Source: Perkinsus chesapeaki ATCC PRA-425 (lineage: Eukaryota > Protista > Perkinsozoa). Taken from it: 39,270 bases of DNA. The stretch covers positions 1 through 39,270 of the forward strand of contig JAAPAO010000327.1 of assembly GCA_013115145.1 (NCBI GenBank). The letters run 5' to 3'. Within the stretch, counting starts at the first letter, position 1. The number at the start of each line of letters is the position of its first letter. The notes beneath the pieces were generated by a model that was given only the letters and a program-made list of their open reading frames with translations, did no database searches and was not told the DNA's origin. Positions 30,626 to 39,270 of the stretch are shown piece after piece. A program made the translations under genes and the position numbers.

Positions 30626-30735
30626 AGTAGATGATGCTGCTGTTATTTTACATGACCAATGTCTGATGATCAATAAGTTGTCTAAATTGTCTATTATTGT
30701 GTTATAAGTATATGATTAAGGTAAAGTGTGGTATA

Positions 30736-32900
30736 ATGTCATTATCATCAAGTAAGCTTGAAAAGATACAGAAGCTATGCCTTGAAGGTAGCCATAGGAG
30801 GGCTGTTGATATGGCAATACCACCAAAGGGTCCAGTACGAGGAGCATTGGTGCATGCTATGTTAACAGGGTTAGCAGGGTCTCTAGGGCCAGGGGAATGG
30901 ACGGTAATGATGGCAGGTGGTGGTGGATGGTATGGGTGGTGTTAGGATGATGAGCATTTGAGAACTGCACTTAAGAGGGCATTTGTGGATAATGGTGGGA
31001 GAGGGTTCTCACAAAGAGAGCTATTCGAGAGTAAAGAGGCTATGCTAGGGCTGGGTGTAGGTATGGGATGTGATAGGGTGGTAGTGTAAGGTGGTGGTGG
31101 TGGTGTTATTAGATAACGATACCCGTACCAACAACAGCAGTAGCATGGAGGAAGCCGTCAACTCCTACTAGGATAGCAGCACATGAGGTTACTACTATCA
31201 TTAATAGAAAGGCTGTAGTGGACCAAACCAATCTAGCTAAGTTGATAGTAGGGGCATTGGAAGGTACTCCAGGCTCATCTAGGGATGTAGCTACACTGGT
31301 GTGGGGGTGTGGTAGACTAGGGGTAGATATGAGGGAAGAGTTAAGACCATTGGTTATTAGATTGGTACAGGTAGCATCATCTAAGGATATATCTATGATA
31401 CTGTGGGGATGGGCTAAGATGGGAAATAAGGCCCTAGAGGAGGGAGGAGGAAAGGATGAGGCTGATGATACAGTGGTTATATGGTGTATTGAGAAGCTTA
31501 CTAAGATGTATTGTGGCCTTAGTGGCATTGAACTAACTAATGTTATATGGGCATTGGCAAGGTTACGGGTATATAATACTATATTTACTTTATTACTTAA
31601 TCAAGCAGTATTAGACGTATCACTGGAGCTATCTCCAACAAGTGTCAGTAGTGTGGTATGGGCTAGTGGTGCTAGGATGAGCACAATAGGTGAATTACCA
31701 ACAGCAGAGGTTATGAAGTCACTTCATCATTTAGCTATTAGCTCAATATTATCTATGGACCCTCCATGCATTGCCAGCACTATATGGGGCCTGGGGGCAT
31801 TGGGTATATTACTAAATGAAGGTAACGTACTACCTTATCAACCATTAACAGCTATAGAAGATTCTATCCAAGATTTTGATATGGATAATATGAAGTCTAT
31901 ATTGCAATATACATGGACGGATCCCTCCGTAACAGCCTGTCTGGCACCTGAGCTCATCCGTCGATTTGAGGCCTCATCATCATCATCATCGTCGTCTATT
32001 CCACCATGGTGTCGTAGTATAGCTGAGATATGCTTGTATATGAGTAGGGGAGCATTACAGTCACCTAAAGAACTCGCTGAGGTCATACAGTTGTACTTGG
32101 ATAAGGTGGAGCTAGACCTCTCCCATATGGCACCAGTTGATGCGGCTAGACTGGTGGCAGCATTCTCTAATCTCTCCTATATACCATCTCATCACACTTT
32201 ATCATTCTTAATTAACTTAGCTGATTTGGAAGTATCAAGGTTCTTCCCCAATACGTACTGTATGTATACCATAGCCTTAGCACAGTTGAACCAGGCCGGG
32301 CATAGGGTACCTTTGTGTGAGGCAGATCTTACTATTGATCAATCATGTAGTTTAATATGGGCATCTGCTATATTGGATATACAAGGTATTGATCAAGTAA
32401 TACGAAGGCTTCTACAAGCTAGTGTGTTGCTGCCATCCTTACCTTTTGCCAGGCAGGCTATAGCAGGTCTGTGGGCTAGGGGTATGAAGGATGAGGCTGA
32501 GAGGTTGATAGGCGCCTACGCTACAGGCAGTTTGACCGAGGCAACTGACACATCATCAAGCAGCTCATCATCCTTGCATCTGGATATAAGTCAAACACTA
32601 CGGTCGATGGGTTATAGTAATATTAAGGATGAGATAGAGTTATGTGGGGTCTATAAGGCAGATGTTGTTATACCAGACTTACGTATAGTGATTGAATGTG
32701 ATGGTGATGTCCATCATTTATATTCTAATGATACAGGTGATAGTGAGACATTGATAGGATCTAGTGTTATTAGAGATAAAGTATTTAATAAGGCTGGATG
32801 GCATGTTATTAGGGTGTCTATTAAAGCATGGAGGAAGTGTAGAACTTCCAATGACAAACAGGCTTTATTGCGAAGGCTCCTCGCTCAGTTTCGGACTTAG
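30736..32900 (+). CDS. RAP-domain RNA-binding protein with OPR-like helical repeats
   Basis: Repeats such as ATLVWGCGRLG, SMILWGWAKMG, LTNVIWALARLR, VSSVVWASGAR and IASTIWGLGALG. C-terminal RAP: LHLDISQTLRSMG...YKADVVIPDLRIVIECDGDVHH...SSVIRDKVFNKAGWHVIRVSIKAW. Two short 5' exons splice into the 560-aa ORF. Confidence 0.85.
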
Positions 32901-32984
32901 TTTCTGGTTGAGTGTTATTGTGTTGGATGATGAATAGCTGTAGCTGGTGGTGGATAATATAATAGAGTTTTAATATCAATTGCC

Positions 32985-35306
32985 ATGAATGAAGTAGAAG
33001 CATTGTTGTTGGATGTTGGTAAGGAGATGGGACGAACACCAGAGCAGATGAAGCCTATTATAAACAAGTATTACTAACTCTAGAACTATCTCTATATAAT
33101 GCTGTCTGATGTGCTTTATCATCTCTTAGAGTTGTTAACGAAGCTTGGTTTGATACTATAGACTCATTGAGGGCATTGGGCCCTGAGGAGTGGGCTGAGT
33201 TGAAGTTACCAAAACGATTAGAGATGGCTCTTCAAGCTAGACTGTTCACTACTACAGCAACACCACCACCAGCAGCGGCACCAGCAACGGAAGCCAAGGC
33301 GGAGCCAATGGCTTGGGCGACTAGTGGGGATGAACAAACACCTAACTTTACTGAAGTACAAGTAATGCCTCCTGCTACCTTCCTACAGAATGCTGATAAC
33401 CTATTTGATATATCACGGAAGGTAATGGCGGTAGTAATAGTTTAATGAAGATATTAATAATGTTAGACAAGAGAAGCATTGAAAGGGGATAAGGTTGATG
33501 AGACTATTACTTTATTATTACATATAGTTGATAATATACTAGCCCAACCATCCAATCCTAAAAGGAGGAGGATACGCCTTGAGAATCCTAAGTTTGATCT
33601 GGCTGTTGGTGAATGCCCAGAGGCCATGCAGTTCCTTAAAGCTGTACTATTATTTATCATTCATTCTTAATACTCGGACATTCAGCTTGGTTTTTCGACC
33701 TATCCATCCAAATATCCCCAGTTTATAGCATGTCCTGTGGTATATATATCTAGGTTTACTGATGCTCATTACGCTCTTGGTGGTACCAAAGCCACTCTAC
33801 CTAATACGCCAGGTAGTATAACGGTATAAGTATTAACGGTCATAATGTAAACTAGTGTAGGTGTCTTTAATCCATTTGTATCATCCATTAAAGCGTCTGG
33901 TCAAGTAGCGAGTGCCCCAAGGTTAACTGAGAAGGTAAGGAGGCCACCACCACCTTTAGTGGTTGATTGCTAAGTGTTAATGTAGGGTCTTGCAGAGAAG
34001 GAGGCATTCTCTAAGGAATTAGAGCATCAAAAGCATTTATTGAAGACCGGTGGAACTAAACCAGGGACGATGGAACTTAATCCTAAGGTAAAGAACATAA
34101 AGCCTGTACCGTATCATTATTGTGATCCTCTATACTCGTCGTATATCGTTATACGTTATATTATACCACATTGCTTTACATTACCCCATCCCTATATCTA
34201 TATGTAGTGTGGTGCATATAATATATATATCTCAGGTATTCCGACAAGGTAGTTCATCTAGCAATGGTATGCCCAGGATTGAAGATGTTGTTAAGGAGTT
34301 GAATTCACGTAGTGAGCTATTAGATGAAGCTGATGACTTTGAACTTGTAGGGATGTATTAGACCCTTCTGAGATAGACTGTATTTATTATTAGATTAAAG
34401 CTCAATTAAGCAGTATTAAGGATTCATTGACAAGTGCCGATAGAGCATTCCAAAGTAGGGAGAAAAAGGAGATGGAGAAGTTGAAGAACAGAACCATTCA
34501 TACTGTTGTGAGTGGCAATCTTGTAACAGACCGCCTGTTAAGTTATTCTCTATAGTGCGTCATTCGGGTTGCCTTCCCTGATCGACTTGTCCTTCAACTT
34601 CAATTTCGACCATCTGACACTATCTCATCTCTTTATGATGCTGTACAACAGTTCCTTAATGAGGAGTATAAGGATAAGGACTGGTAAGTTGAAGTGTATC
34701 AGCTAATTACTAACATAGCATGTATTATGGCAGGTACCTCTATCAGACACCACCTATGCGTAAACTGCAACGGAATAGTAAACGTATGGTAGCAGATGAA
34801 GACCTTGTTCCTAGTGCTCTAATTAGATGGGGCTATGAAGGTAGGTATAGATAATTATCTGCTATTCTACTGCTACTACTACCAACAGATTTAAAATGGA
34901 GATCAATACTCATGTCTCTGTGGTTCCGTCAGATGTATTTAATTTGTAGGTATATCTGCAAGTGGTACAGCTATCACTGAGCAAGGGCCCTTTTTAGATG
35001 CTAATATGGTAAATAATATTATTATTGCTATTGGATATGGTGTTGTGGTACTAGGTGCCACCGCCAGAGCCAGAGGGAGATGCAACGGCGGTGAAGAGCG
35101 AGGAGGATGGTGTGACTGAGGAAGATAGGAAAAGATATAGGAAAGAGAGAACAAAGAAGCTATTGGCTAAATTCAAATCTAATAAGGTACAGTAGGCTCG
35201 ACTAGTGGGATACTTTATGATGGTTATTCAGAAACAGTCTTCCGAAGACCATAGCGTGGAAGGTGGTGGCGGTGGAAAAGATGGTGATGTTGTTATGTTA
35301 GAGTGA
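32985..35306 (+). CDS. PUB- and UBX-domain p97/Cdc48 adaptor (UBXN6-like) with extra N-terminal SAM-like helical domain
   Basis: PUB: ETITLLLHIVDNILAQPSNPKRRRIRLENPKF...AMQFLKA.LGF. UBX: IRVAFPDRLVLQLQFRPSDTISSLYDAVQQFL...LYQTPP...EDLVPSALIRWG. N-terminus ...NEAWFDTIDSLRALGPEEWAELKLPKRL. Confidence 0.75.
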
Positions 35307-35411
35307 CTTTGATGATGATGATACCTCATTGCGATATACTTATGTTTCATTCACTCCATTTTACTTTAGTTAGTAACTTGACGGAGGCTTTCGTTTGGTC
35401 ACATTTTTATC

Positions 35412-36959
35412 ATGTCCCTACCAAAATACGATCGTTTTGTCGAAGATGGTATATCAGTTAGTGTGATAGGGGCTACTGGTGCTGTTGGTAAATGTATGAT
35501 ACAATGCTTAGCTGTATTAAATATACCAATTAAGAAGCTCTCATTATATGCATCAAGTAGTACATCTTACTCCTTACAACTGTTACTGGAGGTCGTCGAC
35601 TGTTAGGTCGAAGTGCTGGTACTAGTGCACCTACCCCGTGGGGAGACATACCCATAGAGGAGTTTTCTGTCAATAAACTAGTCGAAGGTGGTAGTGGCTG
35701 TCGTGTGGCTCTACTTGCCGTTAGTGGAACCTTTGCCCAGGAGGTAACAGTGGGCTATCCAGCCCCGGTGAATATATTACCCTTAGGTTGCCCCTAAGCT
35801 CGCAGATGCTGGTATTGTAGTGGTAGATAACAGTAGTGCTTTCCGGTATGATGACAACGTTCCGCTTGTTATACCTGAGATTAACCCGCAAGCCATGAAC
35901 GGAGAGCGTGAGTATTGGGTATTGGTATAGGTAATATGATTTGTATGTAGATATGATGTTGATAGCCAATCCTAACTGTACCACAGCAATAGCGGCAATG
36001 GTCTTATGGCCATTACATCAGGCATTCCATATTAAACGTATAATAATGTCAACGTTAGTATTTGTTAGTATTAAAGTTATTAAAGGTAAAGTGCTATTGT
36101 TAGATATCAAGCAGCTTCTGGTGCTGGTGATATAGGCCTAGATGAGCTAGAGTCTCAAATGCAGGATTATGGTCAACGGCCCCTCAAGGTGACAGAGCCC
36201 CCCCTCTGGGGAATGGTAAAGGCGGCATTCCCTTTATTTCAGAGTGGCAAAGCCTTCCCTCACCAGTTGCTTGGTAACGTCATACCACGAATAGATGCAT
36301 TGCAGTCTAACGGGTACTCCTATTATATAGATCATCACCAATAGTCAATGTACACAGGTATACCAAAGAGGAAATGAAAGTGGCATGGGAGACAAGGAAG
36401 ATTTTCAATGATACCTCACTTCTTATTAGTTGCACTGCTGTAAGCATTAATATATATTATTATACCATAGTCCGGAAAGGTACGTGTCCCGACAATGAGA
36501 GCTCATGCTGAGGCTATTAGTGTGGAATTCGAGAGCTCTGTTAATATTGATAAAGTTAAAGAGCCCACTGCCAGTAGCCAATCATCTTCTTCCTTGTTCA
36601 TATTAGGTCACATGCGTCCTGAAGGAATCTCCCATGGTGATAGTTGAAGATGACCCGGTTAATGATGTGTAGGCTAGTGCTAGTAGAATACTATAACTTA
36701 TCATCCCATCACTAGTTATCCAACTTCTCTGGGATGTACTGGCAAGATAGATGTATCAGTAGGAAGGATACGACAGTCATTAGCATTTCCAGACCAAACG
36801 GGTGTAGACCTGTTTGTTTGCGGTGATCAACTACTTCGTGGAGCGGCATTAAATGCTGTAAGTATGAGCTCAGCTCTATCGTTCCATTTATTGTGGTGGT
36901 GAATGTACAAACAGGTTCTTATTGTCAAGGAGCTTGGTCGACAGCGTGGTTGGTTCTGA
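35412..36959 (+). CDS. asd: Aspartate-semialdehyde dehydrogenase
   Basis: [41 protein letters not shown] (catalytic Cys), [48 protein letters not shown] (catalytic His), VGRIR and [11 protein letters not shown], across many short introns. Confidence 0.95.
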
Positions 36960-37134
36960 TAGCATACTGTTTTTATTTTGCTTCTCAAGTTGAGTTATTG
37001 TCAAATGTTTTGACTCAAATCGACGGACCCTTGCAACCACCCTCACTGTCCAACAACATCGTTGGCCTCCAATAAACCATAATTATTATGTTTATACTCA
37101 CACCCTATTATTTATGCCAGAACAGTATACCGGC

Positions 37135-37163
37135 ATCCGATGATCGGAATCCGATCATCGGAT
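37135..37163. repeat. Perfect 14-bp inverted repeat with 1-nt spacer
   Basis: ATCCGATGATCGGA-A-TCCGATCATCGGAT read directly from the sequence. Confidence 0.95.
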
Positions 37164-37879
37164 CTGCTTGAGTGCCAAGAAAAACATTCAGCCCGAGGCT
37201 TATTAACGCAGAGAACTCTAACGTATGTGCGCAACTGTGTAGATCACATAGTTGATAGTAAATTGCGCAACTACAGAGGATAGTGCGAATATAACGATTC
37301 CCCGCTACCTACACTGACTGGGTTATACTGAAATCATAGTACAGCTAATCTCAAACTAGTGGAACACATAGAATGACCTAGCCTATGCTAATAACTACAC
37401 CTACAAAACGCTGTGTAAACGCTCGAATGGCCGAGCAAAGTTAGTAAAAGAACTATGAAACCAGATAGAGCAAAACCCCAGCAGACGAATCAAAAACTCT
37501 TATTTCGAAAACCAAGTAGTCCGTGGAGCATTTTAACGATATATCCATGCTAGGAGAGTTCCCGTGCCAAATTTCAGGTTGATATGAGCACTAATTAAGA
37601 AGTCGAGCCCGCCACACGAAATAGGGTCTCTAGATTGCACCCGAAACCCGACGCGGATGCTCCACCTTTATTGCTGATAGCTATACTTTTCTTAACTTTG
37701 GTATTTTGATGATTTCTTGTGATTGTCTCGTGCCCGTTGTATCTCTTTATAGTACTAAGCTGCTGTTGCTTGTTCCTCGTTCATATGGACGAACACAAGG
37801 CGAGAAGGGAGTCTACAAAGGCTTCTTCTTTTTCAGCTTACATTCGCAGGGGGATTTAGCTGTGCACGCATGTACAAGG

Positions 37880-39080
37880 GAGCGAGCGGCGCACAATGAA
37901 TAACAGCTGCCATTTTCTGATGGTTAATCTTTCTTCGTCTAATGTCCCCACTGTTGGCCGAGAAAACGAGTGGCTTGGTGATCCTGCTATGGCTACATAA
38001 GGAACTTCGGCGTGTTGGAGCACGATTCACGGCTCTGTTAACAGAGCCCCAACACGTGCCTGTTATAAGCAAGCTGTCAGACTTGGCCAGTGAGTGGGAG
38101 AGAGGTGAAGCCGAGTTGTACGCGTGCAACAGCTCACAATGTAGCGAGCTTCGACGCATGACCTTATTTACTGTAGGCCCATAATGAGGGTCGTAACTAT
38201 TTATTTCCAAGAGTTTCTGAATAGCTCCCGGTGGGTTGCCACCGCTCATATCGTCTTTATGACTTATCATATATTAGAGCATGTAGTAGTGGTGAGTACC
38301 CGATTGCGGTTCTCACACCGCACGTGTACCACCACCAGTGGAGCGCGGCCCTTCCTAATCACTTCAGCGTGCGGGGTCTTCATAAGCTGCGTGGAACTAG
38401 TTAAACCTGATCAATTGTGCTCCACCTTTCGTATTAACTGCTCAAAGCTATGAATGTTTGTACTTTCCTGGTTATATTTGGAGCTTATGCAGTTTTCACT
38501 GTAGAATCACAAGCTCCCCCTGATGCTCTGTATGTTTATCGTATCGTTTTTTGCTGGCAGCGGCTATGCTAGCTTATCTCTGTTGCTCTCACCTGACGGA
38601 CACGGAGGGGGTCGTGCGAGGTTTTATCTCGCAGGATTGGCTAGCGGTGTTGGGCATGCTGTCGACTACGTCGAGACGGCTGACGGTTTGGTATTCCGCT
38701 GGGTGCCTGGGGCTCGCGAAGTTTTCTTGCAAGCTATCTACGACGAGTTACTCCCTGCGTTATCCTTCGGTGATACAGCTTTGTTGCAGGCAAGGCGGGA
38801 CGGCGCTGGTTATAACCTAGGGGAAGATATCCTCGCGGTACCACGTCAACTACCACCGCAACTAGCCTGCGAGATGCATCGCACCCTTCCTTGATTCAGG
38901 GGAGCGCGAATGCGGCGGCCGCGCTGTCGCCTTGGCTGGGTCTATGGACTCTATGATAAGCTCCATCAAGCGATCCCATTGATTGGCGTCGCCATTTATT
39001 GGAAGCTCAAATTTGGAACTTCCAGGCTACTGCCTGATGGACTCAGTTCTTTGTCTTTCCGAACAACAATATTGAGTTGA
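37880..39080 (+). CDS. Possible multi-exon hypothetical protein (model unresolved)
   Basis: Strong GTGAGT donors and AG acceptors frame an exon reading (Q)PIMRVVTIYFQEFLNSSRWVATAHIVFMTYHILEHVVV. Other exons could not be joined consistently, and competing minus-strand frames exist. Confidence 0.25.
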
Positions 39081-39270
39081 GGATGGAGTCACAGTGAATC
39101 AGTCACAGAACACAAACACCACCTACGATATTTGCTCATGCATCCGAATCTGTGGCATCACACTACCGCTTGCGGGTAAAATAATAATATATGTATAATT
39201 GCTGTTCCGTAGAACTGTAACCAACTCAAACGCGCAAAGCAATAAACCAGATACTTGTCCTTTGAGGCCT

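Noticed and set aside
37833-38270. 145-aa minus-strand ORF as a real gene
   Set aside because: No recognisable motif, and the stronger splice signals are on the opposite strand.

Overview
This is gene-dense eukaryotic nuclear DNA with many short (mostly about 42-60 nt) GT-AG introns and small intergenic spacers. Intron style and gene content suggest a perkinsid alveolate (Perkinsus-like); that is an inference, not proven. The ORF track shows mostly exon fragments, so gene models were spliced by hand. Ten genes run on the minus strand from 304 to about 20.3 kb: NDR kinase, ALMT/FUSC-like transporter, HDHD1-like HAD phosphatase, double LSD1-type zinc finger, small SR-rich protein, Eps15-like EH protein, HEAT-like unknown, PKB-like kinase A, REV7-like HORMA protein and PKB-like kinase B. 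These are followed by GUP1-like MBOAT (+), an alpha/beta-hydrolase (-, with an assembly gap), an intronless RRM-like gene (+), a DNAJB12/14-like co-chaperone (-), and a plus-strand run of a 2-TM unknown, a RAP-domain protein, a PUB-UBX protein and aspartate-semialdehyde dehydrogenase. The last 1.5 kb is unresolved. No rRNA, tRNA, CRISPR array or recognisable transposon was seen. The most notable items are the two PKB paralogues with patchy near-identity and different N-termini flanking a hidden REV7-like gene, the LSD1-type zinc-finger protein, the SR-rich protein with two R-x3-Y-x-D-L-D motifs, and a structured 249-nt intron present in only one PKB copy. I did not find a clearly new multi-gene system.
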